A DNA stretch of 64,000 nt, taken from positions 20,524,001 to 20,588,000 of the forward strand of contig OZ076409.1 of assembly GCA_964187785.1 (NCBI GenBank), given 5' to 3'. Both the position numbers and the translations under genes were made by a program. The stretch comes from Amphiscolops sp. MND2022. Taxonomy: Eukaryota. How positions within the stretch are numbered: the stretch's first letter is position 1; each line of letters starts with the position of its first letter. Positions 21,126 to 34,787 of the stretch are shown piece by piece. The notes under the pieces were generated by a model. It did no database searches. It was not told where the DNA came from and saw only the letters and a list, made by a program, of their open reading frames with translations.

Positions 21126-22578
21126 AGGCAAATGACTCGCCCATCTACTATTTCAAAGTGGAGAAAACTCATCACTTCTTGAAACTTGCTTTGCATGAAT
21201 TCAAATATGACTTTTATACACCAGCATTTTTTGAATTTGTTTGCTATTCTAGTTAACTGTACTTGTAAAATAATATCCATTCATAAACAATTAACTGAAT
21301 GTTGCAAGGTGTTAACATTATTGATGTATAATACCGCTCAACACAATTTGTAGTGAAATGGATAAAATATACATGACTTGTATGATGTAATAATACGTAA
21401 GGACTTTAATATTTGAATTAATCTGCCGCACTAAGTTTGCAGCATACTGCAGTACAATATCGTATTTTTCAAGTCTTCAACTATATTTTTTAGATGTATG
21501 ACTCATTACGTTCACGTAATCATATGTGCTACACTATGTTGAAATTAATACTTGCACTACATATAAGTCATACTACGTGTTGCCACATTTTTCTCATTAA
21601 CGATGAACGGATTAGTACAGTTAGTGCGAAGACCAATCGAAACGCAGGAAAACCTTTGTCATGCAGGAATCTATTTATAAAAGTGATGTAACTTACCTAC
21701 CTATATTTATATCAGATTGGGTACTATTTTTAGTAATTACATAATCGTGATGTAACCGTAACATTCCAAAATTGGTTGTCATGCTGGTAAGTTTAGCCCA
21801 AATCAAAAAGGAGAGTAAAAAACCCAATAATATTCATTCAACAGAAAACTCTCAGACTGATTAGACCTTTCTTTTCATCCTCACAACCTTTGTTTCAACT
21901 TTGATAACTCAACATTATGCGCATTTTCTTCAACTTTATTTCAACCTAATTTCACTTTGCTTATCATTCTAATTGAAATTCTTCTCTCCAAAACAGCATT
22001 TAACCTGACTAAATTGGGTAACAAAAGAAATAGAAGGTCTAGACGAGGACAATCACCCTCACTTGAGAGAGAGTTGAGCACATCCGAAATAGAAACATCA
22101 CAAGGTAATGAAACCGTTATTGAAACTTTAAGTAACTTTGAAAATGTTAGTTCAGTTAGGAACGAAGAAATAGCTCTAGACAGTGGAACACAAAATGAAA
22201 ATGAAATGCAAATTTGAACCCAAAGAATATCAGATAAAACGAACAAAGAAGTAGCGAACTTAAGGAAAGAAATGGATTAGAAGCTAGAGAAAATACTGAG
22301 AGAGATGAAAAATAGCAGAAGAACACAATCCGTACCAAACAGACGATATCGAGAACAAAACACCCCCAAAGCAGGGACCTCAAAGTACGCAAGTAATGAG
22401 GACGGTGATGAAAACGCATCTGAGCCAGAAAATCAAGAATGTGGAATACAGGATAATGCTTTCAGGCCATCTAATTTAAACGAACTTGGAACACCAATAC
22501 AACCTTTGAGCATGCAAAACATTGATCTGAATGACTCTGTGGTTATAAATGAGGATCGCACAGGAGAGGATTATCACA
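21082..22578 (+). repeat. 3' LTR (1497 bp)
   Basis: Starts TGTCACAGCCTAGAGC, ends GAGGATTATCACA followed by TSD CCAGC; contains a second copy of the gag N-terminus (ATG changed to TTG at 22014). Confidence 0.95.
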
Positions 22579-23896
22579 CCAGCGATACTGTGGAAAGAAA
22601 AATGCTATTATTTCAAAAGATCGCTCCTTGTTTGAGGACATGGACATCTCTGATGTAACAAACCTTGGAATTTCATGTAAAAATATGAACTTTGGATTGA
22701 TTCAATGATTTATCATCATTTGCAAATATAACGAGCATGCTTCCTAATGTCCTCAGTACACTCAATAACTAACTTTGGCAAATACCGTCAGCAACGCACT
22801 TCCAAACCTGTAGTGATGAGTTTTCATTCATTTTCGGAAACCACACTGTCACTTGTGTGGAGGCTGCTGAAAGTTCAAGAAACGTATTTTTTCCATTCAA
22901 ATGTTTCTGCTCCGCAAGCGTATTATAACAGGCACGGACGATTTTGGAAACGTGACAATGGGAATCGATTAGGCATCTAAATCGAAGAGACAATTTAAGA
23001 AAAGTATTCTAGAAATTTTGATTGTAAATTGTCAGTGCCAAGATAGTGAAGTGATACTTGCAGTCTTTTAGTGTTAGATTACTACTGAAAGCACTGCTCG
23101 AAGCTGAGACTTTTTGAAACCAACAATTGCAAAAATATCACGCGATTTTAAACGCACTGGAAATTCCAAACATTTTTTTCTTATTACTGGAAACTAGGAC
23201 CTTGGTGAATTTTCGAACAGACTGGGATTGTTTTTGGATTCAGCCGATTTTATAACTCGCAGACTTCTCTGAAATGATGGATGAAGCAAGTAAGAAGGCA
23301 TTCAGTTTTCGTCAAAAATACCGGAAACTTTTGTCTCACATCGGAAAAAAACTTCAAAAATAGGTTGAAAGCAAATCAAACCACCTTACAGCAAGCAAAT
23401 ACATGCGGAACCAATATTTGTCAAAAGGAATTTCGAAACTTTATCAGCTTTCAATGGAATGCTTCATCTCCAAGTGCTTTCAGGCTATAATGGAATATTT
23501 CATGAGCATAGTTCAATTAAAACAAGCCGGGAACGGCATAAGTCGGCGCCATAACTAAGGCTCAAAAATAGCAATATGACTCAGTGTCAAAAGGACTTAG
23601 TGTCAAGTATTCTTTTACAGTACCCGAAAAACCCAAAAGTTGACCGAATTGGCGAACCGCCAATTTTCCAATTTCGATTTCCTCAAATATTCTTTACGGT
23701 TTGAAAGAACTTTTATGGTGTCTTTCTCCACCATATAAGGGCTTATAATGTACAATTTCATCAAAATCGTATGACTGAGATTCCAGCCAGTCAGAAGGAA
23801 AAAGACCTAAGCCGACTCCGTTACCGCTCACGCGGCTCTGGTTTGTTTTCTACTCCGAGTTATCTCTTCAACTTGCCATAAGTAAATATTAGTGTC

Positions 23897-24343
23897 AACA
23901 AGCCGGGACCGGCCCAAGTCGGCACCATATCTAAGGCTCAAAAATAGCAAAAGGACTTCAAAGTGTCAAAATATTCTCTTCTACAGTACCTGAAAAACCC
24001 AAAAAGTTGGGCCATTGGCGCGCTAAAAGGGGGGACCGTTTCGCATTTTTCAACATGCATTGTTGCAAAACATCAAAAAATTGAAGGGGAAATCTTTTTG
24101 GGGAAAAAGTCTAACAATGCCGAAAAAAACTGAAAGGGGGACTCTTCAGTCTCTCCTGGTGTGGTATGTTACGCGGAAAAAGAGGAAAAACTTTTTTGGT
24201 TCAGTTCGCTAGGCCAAATGATTCAATTTGGGACCATAAAAGTTCGTAGAACGTTTAAGAACTATTTTGGTCAGTTCGTGTAGATTGAAAAAAAAGAGTC
24301 ACTATAATAGTCGCGTTTCACTTCAAGAAGCGCCGACTAAAAA
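23897..24343 (-). mobile_element. Helentron/HINE-like non-autonomous element, family A
   Basis: Ends AACAAGCCGGGACCGGCCCAAGTCGGCACC... and ...AAGCGCCGACTAAAAA; subterminal inverted repeat plus terminal hairpin. Confidence 0.7.
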
Positions 24344-24576
24344 CAAATTTCGGCGTTAACCAGATTTAAGTCGAAGACTGTTTACTCAAACAAGTACGTG
24401 AAGCATGCTAGTACTGTTATATACAAGGGTACCAGAAGGTTGGAAACACTCGTATTCGCTAACAAAAAATTTTAAACGCAATAAATCATTCGACAAGAAA
24501 GTGAAAAGCAAAAAAATTTCGTTTTGAGCAGATGGTCTTTTTTAAAGATGGTTTGGGAGGGCTATCTCAAAGATAC

Positions 24577-25076
24577 AACAAGACGGGAACGTCTAAAGTC
24601 CGCGCTATATCTAAGGCTCAAAAAGCGCAAAACATTTTTTTTTGACAAAAACCTAAAATTTTTTTCAAAAACCTTCAGAAAATGTCGCATAGTGCCGAAA
24701 ATGTAAAAGGGGGACCCTTTGGGCTTCATTAACAAAAATTCTGTTGCAAAATATCAAAAAACTCGAAAGGGGGACTCTTTTGAGACATTAAAAAGTTTTC
24801 GAAAAAAGTCGCACAATGCCGAAAAAACTCGAAAGGGGGACCCTTTTGTCTCGTCCGGTTTTGTAGATTACAGTTAAAAAATAAAAAATGAAAATTGGAC
24901 CCTTTTGCACTAATTTCCGCTGACCGGACTTGGCCTTATGGCCTTAGTAGTTTTAGTAGTTTCTATTGTAAGATAAGTGGACCAATCAGAGTGAGATTGT
25001 AGTCTGACGAAAAAAAAGAAAAAAGTAGCCAATGTATTAGTCGGGCTCTTTTCACTAGAAAAGCGCCGACTAAAAA
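24577..25076 (-). mobile_element. HINE-like family A variant (sister copy at 49011-49507)
   Basis: AACAAGACGGGA...AAAGTC.GCGCTATATCTAAGGCTC start and GAAAAGCGC.GACTAAAAA end; interior closely matches 49011-49507. Confidence 0.7.
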
Positions 25077-26057
25077 CAGGCAACGATCTCCGTTAACACA
25101 ACTTGAGGCTCATCTTCTTTTCGGTTTGTGAAAAACGTTTTCTTTGGAACTATCACCGTTAGCCTTTTAAATCTGCTCTTTATTAGTAACATCTTTTTTA
25201 CAGCCATAACTCCATTTAGGCTAACTTTAGAATGCATAAGGACCAGACACTCAGCTACTGTTTGCGAGTTAGTTCCATATCAGATGGTATAATAAACTAG
25301 GTGCGACGTATTTAGTTCTTTGTTAATCGCATTTTGTCTTGCTGATACGCATGCGTACATTTTTGTCCACAACATTCCCTCTGAGCAGCAGAAAAGTTTC
25401 CGCATACATTCAGGGCTCGTGCTTAGCCAGTAAACAACCAAATTTTTGAAAAATAAACTTGGAAGTTTGACACTTTTTGGTTCATCTCATCCTTTTTTGA
25501 TAAAATTTGGCGAACAAGACTATGCTAAAAATGGTTTTCTTATTGAACAGTTCGCAAACTCATACTCACAAAAATATTCAAAAACTGTAGAGTTTCACTG
25601 GAAGACGATCAAAAACTACAAAGACGTAAAATCTCCATATGTCTCTATAGAAGAGCTGTTTGATGTTTGCTGATGAACCGTTTGGATACTCAAATCTAAA
25701 AACAAGTAGAAACAAACGGCATGAAACAATCCATGATTGTGAACAAAGAATGCTCAATTGACCTGTTCCATGGGGTGGAGATCCAATATTCAGTTCTGCC
25801 TTTCCAAAAGAGCTCTTTTTCCAGATATTCCTAATAGCAAGCTAAAGTACAATATTTAGAGCTAAGTAGTAAAAACTGGCCGTCTTGAAGCTGTGATTTC
25901 GAAGTGATTTACTTGCTGCAGTTTTTTAGTCGTCGTTTTTCTCTAAAACAACAACTATAATCATGGCTTTTCGTCAAGTTTTTTAATACACCATAACTAG
26001 CTAAAATAAGTCTACCAGAAGTTCTTCAATTTTGGCAAAATTAATAAATTTTAACTG

Positions 26058-26150
26058 CCACTTGGCGTAGAGGTTAACCCGGAATTCTGAGGTGGTCTGA
26101 GACGATCTCTGAGAAGCGGGAGTAAGTGGGTTCGAGTCTCGCACTGAACC
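26058..26150 (+). repeat. tRNA-derived (SINE-like) remnant
   Basis: A-box-like TGGCGTAGAGG and B-box GGGTTCGAGTC, but no closable cloverleaf; similar remnants near 40715-40770 and 48215-48240. Confidence 0.4.
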
Positions 26151-26736
26151 AAAAGTTTTTTAATGTTTGCAAAAATAGAAGGAGACCAAAGGGCCCTCTT
26201 TTAGAATTTTTCGGCACTATGCGACTTTTTCTCAAATTTTCAAACCTAAACTCCGTCCCTCAATTTTCAGCAGAAACAAATCGTAAAAGGCAGTCATGAT
26301 GTATAAGAAATGACCTTTTAAGGGTTTCCTGTGAAAAAACATGTTTTCCGAGTCTTGAGGGTAACCTCTGTTACTTTTGGATCCTTTGGAACCGATGAGT
26401 TTTGCTAATGATTCTGGAAAAAGACTTTCTGGAAGCTTTGTTTGGGCTCTTTGCGTTTTCCGAAACTTTCATTTAGTCAAAGGGTACCCCCTCGCTTTTC
26501 ATCTTGGGAAAAAGTAGATTTGCCAACTGAGAGCTCCTCTTTCGGCTCTATGAGGCTTTTTTAGAAATTTAATTTTCAAAAAATAGACTTGTGTGTTCAG
26601 TTGGGTGAAGAGTGGTTTCCAAGTCTTAAGCGTATCCCTTGGAGTATTTTCCAGCACTGAGAAACTAGCAAAAAGTGACAAAATAGTGATCTCTTGAATA
26701 TTTAGGAAAATTGTTTTTTTTTTCAACATGAGCGGG

Positions 26737-27391
26737 CCCGATTTGGACCGGTCCCGATTTGTTTTATTTTGTTTTTTTTTCTCCATCAAATAACCTTACT
26801 ACTACGAGCGAGCAAAGAATTTGCTCAAAACCTAACATTAGTGAATTGAGAGACATTTGAAACTTAGTATTTTCCGCCCCCACAAATTCATTTGTGAATT
26901 GGGGAAGAAAATCATAATCTGTGTTGCGTTTTTTCTTTACCAATTCTGCCAAATCTCCTCGATTTCCATCCACTTCAGTTAATACCTAATTTAGTTAGTA
27001 CCTGGCAGACACGAGGTTTTTGTTCGTTTAGGCATTTTTCTCATTTCCCTTTCAAAAGGTATTTTAAGTAGCCATTTTTTTTTCGTTGACTTTCATAGCT
27101 ACGAAAACGTTCAAAAGTTGGACAGAAAATTGTTTCAGAAAAGTACAAAGAAAAATATCGAGAAAAAACTTCGAAATGTTTCGGTTCATTTCTTGGAAAT
27201 TTCTTTCTTTTCCCATAACGGTGCGCTAAAAAGCCGAATTTTTTGTTGAGCTCACAAAATTCCACCTTGAATACTAAGATTGCCTATAACGATCAAAAAT
27301 AGGATTTTGCTGTTTTCAGTCGGAAATATATGAAATTAAAGTGGTTTTTCGTCGTGTTTTTTTTCAACTTGGGAGAAATGGCCGTTTCACG
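26737..27391. repeat. ~650-bp near-identical direct duplication, second copy at 30627-31277
   Basis: Both begin CCCGATTTGGACCGGTC.CGATTTGTTTTAT and stay colinear through ...GCCTATAACGATCAAAAATAG...TTTCACG. Confidence 0.9.
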
Positions 27392-30300
27392 CCGAATGCT
27401 GAATTCTCACGAATAGTTCCCGAGAAAAAAACAGCATTGTTTGGAAGGGTCCACTCTTTCTAACTTGGACAAAGTTGTTCGAACAAGACGCCCGCTGACC
27501 AGCAGGATATATTCCGCAGAGACTGTTCAAGCTATGACATATTTTTAAGACTCAAGCCATTGCACCATGAAAACGCATAGAGGTTTGATAAAAAAGGTTT
27601 GACACTAATATCATGCCATTTCAGAAGGAACCACTTCAAAAAAACACTAAACATCTATTTGTATTTTCTGTCGGCTTGTGTGTATATCAAAACTTAACCA
27701 AACTATTTTTCTTGACACTTGCGCGAAGTCGTCCAAAACGTCAAAATTAGGAAAATTTTGCTTTTTGCACAATTTTGCGGTCATTTGAGGACCTTTTAAG
27801 AACTTGTACATGTATTTTTAAAATTGCCTATTTGTTACCGGGTCCAGTTTTTCTTGCAATACAAAAGTGTTCGAAAGGTTTACAAAAAGTATATCAACTT
27901 TTGAAACACAAAAAAAATGAATTTTCAACATATTTTAAGTCGTTTCGACGAATGTTTTGCAAAAAAAATTGTAAATTTCCCCTTGTCAACATTCTGCATG
28001 CCTATTCAAAAAGCTTAGACTTTTAGAAGACTACAAAGTTTTGGTAAATTTCATTTAAAAATTCAATTATTTGTCAAACAACTGAAAAAAAATGCTTTTT
28101 TTTCGACTATCTGAGTCATTTCGAGGCTCTTTCTAAACGTGAAACTGCAATTGACATTCATAAAGACTGAATAACGCATATTTTCGCTGTTGAACGTTTT
28201 CATTCTTCCAACGATGGAAACTTCTCAAAAAATTCAGAACTTTGCAATAGAAACGTTGAACTGGACTTTTTTCATATCCGATTCAACAGGGTCATTTTTG
28301 AAGTGATTTTCAAGCAAAATACCGGAATTCTCCTGAAAATAGCATACTGCATAGCTAGTTTGTTTTTGAGTGTTTTGAATCCTCTCAGTCACAAAAACGT
28401 CCAAAAATTGTACGCAAACTGCCGGAAAAACTACAACTTTTTTTGATGCAAAACACTGTAATTTTCTCATCAAGAAAAGAAACTAAATGCCTGATTCTAT
28501 TGCCTTTGATAGTTCTAAACGTTCTTACACACAAAAATTCTCAACAATTGCACTCAAAGAACATGAAGAAGCTACATTAACTGGAAATTTTTTGACTTTT
28601 CGACTCTTTTTGTGGCAAACTAAAGCACAATTTTATCAGGAACTGCACTTTCCGATCAAAAATCCTACTGGAAAACGCCTTCAGTTGTTGTTTACCAGTT
28701 TCAGAGTTTTACTTTATGAGAACGTTGAAAATGTAACAAAAGTTGCATTGGAAGAGAATGTAAACAAAAGTAAGTTTTGTGATTTCTTTGGGATCATTGT
28801 AGAATTTTTGAATTAAAAATGCTTTTATTTCCCCTAAAAACCCCTATTGGACAACGAATTTATTTGTTGTGGAACGTATTCAACGTTCTGATCCTTGAAA
28901 TTATTTAGAAATTGGGAAAAAGTTGCATGAAAACATGGGCAAACGGTTCATTTTGGAGTTTTTGTAATTTTTGGTCGCATTTTGAGAATCTTTTTTTTTC
29001 TAGAAAACTTCTTTATTTCTGAACAGAAGCATCCCGGGCACCGAATTCGTTCCTTGTTGAACGTCCTCTACAGTCTAGGTCATCAGGTCTTTCAAAAAAT
29101 AGACCAAAAGTTGAAAGAAATTTTCAAAAATCTGCATTTTTTGATGTTTTTGTCAATTTCGGTCTGAACTTGAGGCATTTTCGAAATCAATTGATTTTTT
29201 TATCTATTCAAAAAAGCCTTTCGGACAACGAATCTTTTCTTTGTTGAACGTCTTTGATAATCTAAGCCACCGAGTCTTTCGGAAAAAAGACAAACATTGC
29301 ATGAAACTTTAAAAATCTCAATTTTCAGGGAATTTTGTCAATTTCGGTCTGAATTCGAGGCATTTTCCCAGTACAAATTGCATTTATCTTTTTGAAGAAG
29401 CCTCTTGGACACTAAATTCTTTCCTTCTTGAACGTTTTTATTTTTCTAAGCTAGCATGTGTAACAAACATTTGGCAAAATTTGCAGAGAAACGTTAAATT
29501 TCTGAACTTTCTGTATTTTTTTTTCAATTTTGATCTCAATTTGAGACATTTTTTCATTGCAAAATGGCAATTATTTCTTCAAAAAGGACTCTTAGATAGC
29601 GAAATTTTTTCCTTTCGAACGTTTTCAACTTTTAAAGCCACGAAATCTATCGAAAATTTGAAAAAAATTGCATAAAAACAGTAAAATGTGGAAAATTTTG
29701 CAGTTTTTACTTTTTTGGGCTCATTTTTAGGTCATTCTTGGGTCTTTGCGGTCAACCAAAAAGTCCAAAAAACCTCTACAAATACTTATCACATGATACT
29801 AATTTTACGTCGGTTGAGTTTTATTGGTGAAACCCTTTAGCTTGGAAATAAATTTGGTGCTTGGCAAATTTTGTAAAAAAACCTCTTTTGATTTAATTAT
29901 TTTCCTTTTCTATATAAATTATGGACGGAAAATTATAAAAGAGATTTGAGGTTAGTTTTGGCACTGTGTGACCCCGGGTTTCCCTCCAATACAAAAACTA
30001 ATTGATCATACTCTGGACCATAAAAGTTCCAGATTGATCATGGTAAGATCATAGAAAAATTTTTGTATGATTTGTATGGTACCATATTTGATCAGAGCAT
30101 GAGCAACCTGGTCAGGAAACCCGGAACGTTTTGGAGAGAAAGTAGTTTTGCCAGCTGAAAGCTCCTTTTTCGGCACTAAAGGGCTTTTTGGATGGATTTT
30201 TTGTGTTTCCGGTTGGGTAAAAAGTGGTTGCCAAGTCTTATGCGTATCCCTTGGGGTATTTATGGACTGAGATATTGATAAAAGGTAAGAAATCGTGATC

Positions 30301-31776
30301 TCGTGCTTATTTAGGAAATTAGAGTTTTTGAAACTTGAGCGGGCGCCGACTTGGCCTGGTCCCGGCTTGTTTTTTTTCATCAGATGACGTTACCACTACG
30401 ACGGAGCGAAGAATTCCAACGGAAATCCCATTGCTCTAACCAACTACATCATGATCTCCACAAACTAAAATAGTTGAAATTTTCTTTTTTCACTTCACCT
30501 TTTCTCGAAAAAAACTCAAATTCTTGTTTTGGGTGGCCTCAGACGGTAATTTTTTTCAACACTGCATTTTCATTCCAACGGAAACATCCAAAAGTTGCAC
30601 GGAAACAGCAAAAAACACTGAAAACACCCGATTTGGACCGGTCTCGATTTGTTTTATCTTGTTTTTTTCCTCCATCAAATAACCTTACTACTACGAGCGA
30701 GCAAAGAATTTGCTCAAAACCTAAGATTAGTGAATTGAGAGACATTTGAAACTTAGTATTTTCCGCCCCCACAAATTCATTTGTGAATTGGGGAGGAAAA
30801 TCATAATCTGTGTTGCGTTTTTTTTACCAATTCTGCCAAATCTCCTCGATTTCCATCCACTTCAGTTAGTACCTAATTTAGTTAGTACCTGGCAGACACG
30901 AGGTTTTTGTTCGTTTAGGCATTTTTTTCATTTCCCTTTCAAAAGGTATTTTAAGTAGCCATTTTTTTTTCGTTGACTTTCATAGCTACGAAAACGTTCA
31001 AAAGTTGGACAGAAAATTGTTTCAGAAAAGAACAAAGAAAACTATCGAGAAAAAACTTCGAAATGTTTCGGTTCATTTCTTGGAAATTTCTTTCTTTTCC
31101 CATAACGGTGCGCTAAAAAGCCGAATTTTTTGTTGACCTCACAAAATTCCACCTTGAATACTAAGATTGCCTATAACGATCAAAAATAGAGTTTTGCTGT
31201 TTTCAGTCGGAGCTTTATCAAATTAAAGTTGTTTTTCGTCGTGTTTTTTTCAATTTGGTCGAAGTGGCCATTTCACGAAATTTCTAGAAAAAACCATGCT
31301 GTTTGAAAAGGTCCTCTTTCAAACTTTTACAAACTTGTTCGAATAGAAGAGATTTGAGGGTTAGTTTTGGCAGTGTGACTTTTTGGGAAGATTTTTTCAT
31401 TTCGCTTTAGTTCAGTTGGAAAACAGTTATTGTGTCCGAAACGTCTTCCAATATGTCAAATACCCGAATTTTGGCCCTACACATCTCAGCCCAGGCTAGA
31501 GTTGATTTCGAAAATATTTTGAGATCAGAATGAAAATTGAAGTTGAGATGCCAAATTTTCTTTCTGATTAGACTTCTTGTATGAACTAAATTTTCGCTGA
31601 ATACCATTTTTGAAGCTAAGATGTTAGAGCTATTTTGAACCTTTAGACAATTAATTGAACGTTTATTAGAGCTCTTAATCTAGGGAAAGAACTACAAATA
31701 TACAAACTTGAGGAATTATTTCAAATTTTTACAAAAAATTGAATTGCATAATTGTCTGAATAAGTTTTTAAAAGTT

Positions 31777-32262
31777 TTATGGGTCTAGCTCTGGTTCTGT
31801 TTTGCCCAACTTCATGTAAGTAACCCAGTACAAAACGTTCAAAATAAGGAAAGATACTGGAAACCAAATTCTAGAGTAGTAATCAATTTGGGCGACATCG
31901 ACCGTGTTCATGAACCAAGATAAGAAGCGCGAGTCTTTCAGAAGCTCAACTTGTCTCGTTTTCTCGCTTTCTCTTCGGAACCTTTGTCGGCGGTGCCTCG
32001 GAATAGAGCGTCTGTTGTACTGATTGTCTGAATAAATTTCATTGGCTGTCGAATGCGTTTCTGAATCCGAGTTCATGAATCTTCTGTTTCTGCATGCACA
32101 GTCGTTTTGATCACTGGAAAAATAGTAGTCGTCGTTGACGTCACTATCTTCTTCGGCAGTTGAGGTGTTGTTCACGATGAAGTTTGGAGTCGGTAGCAAA
32201 TTGTGTTTGTTCCAAACTTCGGGCTCTGAGGAGCTTCCGTCCGTTGTGGTGTGGTAAAAAGG
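31777..32262 (-). CDS. Cys-loop ligand-gated ion channel subunit, terminal exon (end of M3-M4 loop and M4)
   Basis: Acceptor TGTTTCAG| at 32263, phase 0, in frame with ORF 31777-32199; VAQIDYYSRIWFPVSFLILNVLYWVTY is the typical GABA-A/GlyR M4 signature. Confidence 0.9.
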   Translation of the reverse strand, partial: PFYHTTTDGSSSEPEVWNKHNLLPTPNFIVNNTSTAEEDSDVNDDYYFSSDQNDCACRNRRFMNSDSETHSTANEIYSDNQYNRRSIPRHRRQRFRRESEKTRQVELLKDSRFLSWFMNTVDVAQIDYYSRIWFPVSFLILNVLYWVTYMKLGKTEPELDP

Positions 32263-33095
32263 CTGAAACAGCGATGGAATCTCAAAAACCCGAAATTCAA
32301 AAATGTTCTATACTTAGAAGACCTCCAGAGCCAAACGAGAGCTTCCGAAATTTTCCTGAGCTAGTAGAATGGGCTAGTAGTAGTTTTCCTAATTCATAAT
32401 AGTACCGATAAAAATACCTAAACGTGAAGTAACAACGTAGGGAGTTTCTCCGGAGAACTTGAAAAGGATAATGCTGTTAGCTCGCTATTGTATTTTCATA
32501 TTTTTATAGGAGCTGAAACTCATGTTTAAAACTCATGTTTGAACTTACGTCATTTGTATTTTTAGTCGGCAATTTCGGAGAAAAAACATGGTAGCAATTT
32601 TTTTCTCCAGTAGCTCTGATGCGTCCACTTTTACGGAGAACAGATGGAGCAAATAGTATTCATACGGTAAAGACCATTTGGTCTGCTGGTCAGCACGCTA
32701 TATTCAAAGTGTTGACGTTATATCCGAAATGAATTGAGTTTTACTAAGGGGGAAGTGGAGGAGGTTCTACTAAGGCGGTTCGAAATTATTGAGATTTTTT
32801 TTCGAAAAAAAATTGGAAGAAAACCTTTTGATGTTTCCAGTCGGGGAAAAAGCTGTTTTCGAATCTTACGTGTAGGGTATTCCTTCGGGTATTTTTTGTG
32901 CTGTAAATTCGATTGAAAATTTCACAATGCTGGGCCTTCGCATATTCAAAAATCTTTTTAAAAGTTGAGCGGACCGCTTGTCTTTTTGAACCGGGAACGG
33001 CGTAAGTTGGCGCCCCGCATAAGCCTGAAAAATAGCACAAGGACTTCAAAATGCCAAGTATGTTCTTCCACAGTGCCTGCAAAACCTAAAGGGTG

Positions 33096-33782
33096 TTTTT
33101 AGTCGGCGCTTCATGAAGTGAAACGCGACTATTATAGTGACTTTTTTTTTCTATCCACACGAACTGACCAAAATAGTTCTTAAAAGTTCTACAAAATATT
33201 ATGGTGTCAAATAGCACCATTTGGCCTAGCGAACTGGTCCAAAATGGTTTTACCTGTTTTTCCGCGTAACATATCATACCGGGCGAGACCAAAGAGTCCC
33301 CCCTTTCAATTTTTTTCGGCACTGCGAGACATTTTTTCGGATTTTTTTTCGAAATTTTTTTTCCTCAAAGGGTCCCCCCTGCATTTTTTTTGATGTTTTG
33401 CGACAGAATGGATGTTGGAAAATCCCAAAGGGTTCCTCCTTTCAGTTTTTTTCGGCATTGTGAGATTTTATCCCGAAAATAAAAAAAATTTTTTTTTCTT
33501 CAATTTTTTCATGTTTTGCGACAGAATGGATGTTGAAAAACCTCAAAGGGTCCCCCCTTTCAGTTTTTCGGCATTGTGAGACGTTAGCGCGCCAGGGGCT
33601 CGCGGTAGCGAGCCCCGGCGCGCCACTCGGTCCATTTTTTTAGTATGTAATTTTTTCAAAAAAAAAATTTCGAAAAATTTTCAATTTTCGACTACTGTAA
33701 ACGAATACTTGACACTTGGAAGTCTTTTTGCTATTTTTGAGCCTTGGATATGGCGCCGACTTGGGCCGGTCCCGGCTTGTTT
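33096..33782 (+). mobile_element. HINE-like family A, young complete copy
   Basis: 5' TTTTTAGTCGGCGC...CGCGACT; internal tandem subrepeats; 3' GGCGCCGACTTGG-GCCGG TC CCGGC-TTGTT hairpin; lands in T runs with no TSD. Confidence 0.8.
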
Positions 33783-34787
33783 GTCATTGAAATTGTCATG
33801 ATTTCTTTATTTTGTCAGTGGAGGTGTACACGTGGATAGTCATACTAGTGAGTCTTTGTTTTTCAATCCACACGAACTGACCAAAACAGTTCTACAGAGT
33901 TCTACAAAATTTTAACGTGTAAAATTGAACAATTTGGCCTAGGGAACTGAACCAAAAAGGTTGTTCCTTTCTTCAGCGTAACACACAATACCGGGAGAAA
34001 CTTAAAGGGACCCCTTTCAATGTTTTAGGCATTGTGAGACTTTTTTTCGAATGTTTTTCTTCAAAGGGTCCCTCTTTCAATTTTTTTGATGTTTTGTGAC
34101 AGAATGGATGTTGAAAAAACCAAAAGGGCGCGCAAATTCGGTTCAACCTCTAGGTGTTTAGGGTAGTGTAAAAGAGAATACTTGCCACTTTGAAGTCGTT
34201 TCGCTATTTTCGAGACTTAGATATGGCGCCGACTTATTCCGTTCCCTGATTGTTCAAATACATCAGAAAGATGTATAAGGATTCTATATGACTCATGCGT
34301 TTTCCTGCCCAATGGACGAACTTTGATAAAAGATCTGAGAAAATGTACGAAAGTTCAGAACGCTGGGAAAAATCTGGAAACGCGGGATTCTGCCATGATC
34401 TCTTGAAATTACTGGGACCGGATTTCCCAAGATTGCTGTTGCTTGATGAATGCTCCCATGTTTTGTGTCGGAATCCCGTTGTATGTGTTTTCTCACATGA
34501 GTTTTCGTTGTGTTTCCAATGTGAAAACTACAATCAAACTCTCTCGAGTGGAAAAGCTCTCAAATTGCTGCCAAAAAATCAGTGAATGCGGAGTTTTGAC
34601 AAGAAATCCAAGACACCAGAAATCTTGGCAAGATTTCCAGCATTTATCAGGATTTTACAAGGACTGCCCAGATTAACGCGAAATTCCCTGGATCTCGTCA
34701 AGGTGTTCGAGATGTTAAACGTTGAGAAGTAAAAAGAGTAATGTTTTTAGATTCTTAACACATTCCTAAAAGCTTTCTCTGCATGTT

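Larger units (their letters stand above)
6984..22578 (+). mobile_element. Full-length (15.6 kb) decayed Ty3/Gypsy LTR retrotransposon carrying extra genes
   Basis: Two ~1.5 kb direct repeats TGTCACA...TATCACA; 5-bp TSD CCAGC at 6979-6983 and 22579-22583; PBS-like TGG after the 5' LTR; order gag-PR-RT-RH-IN. Confidence 0.97.

Noticed and set aside
26058..26150. Functional tRNA gene
   Set aside because: A and B boxes are present but acceptor and anticodon stems do not pair; treated as a SINE-like remnant.
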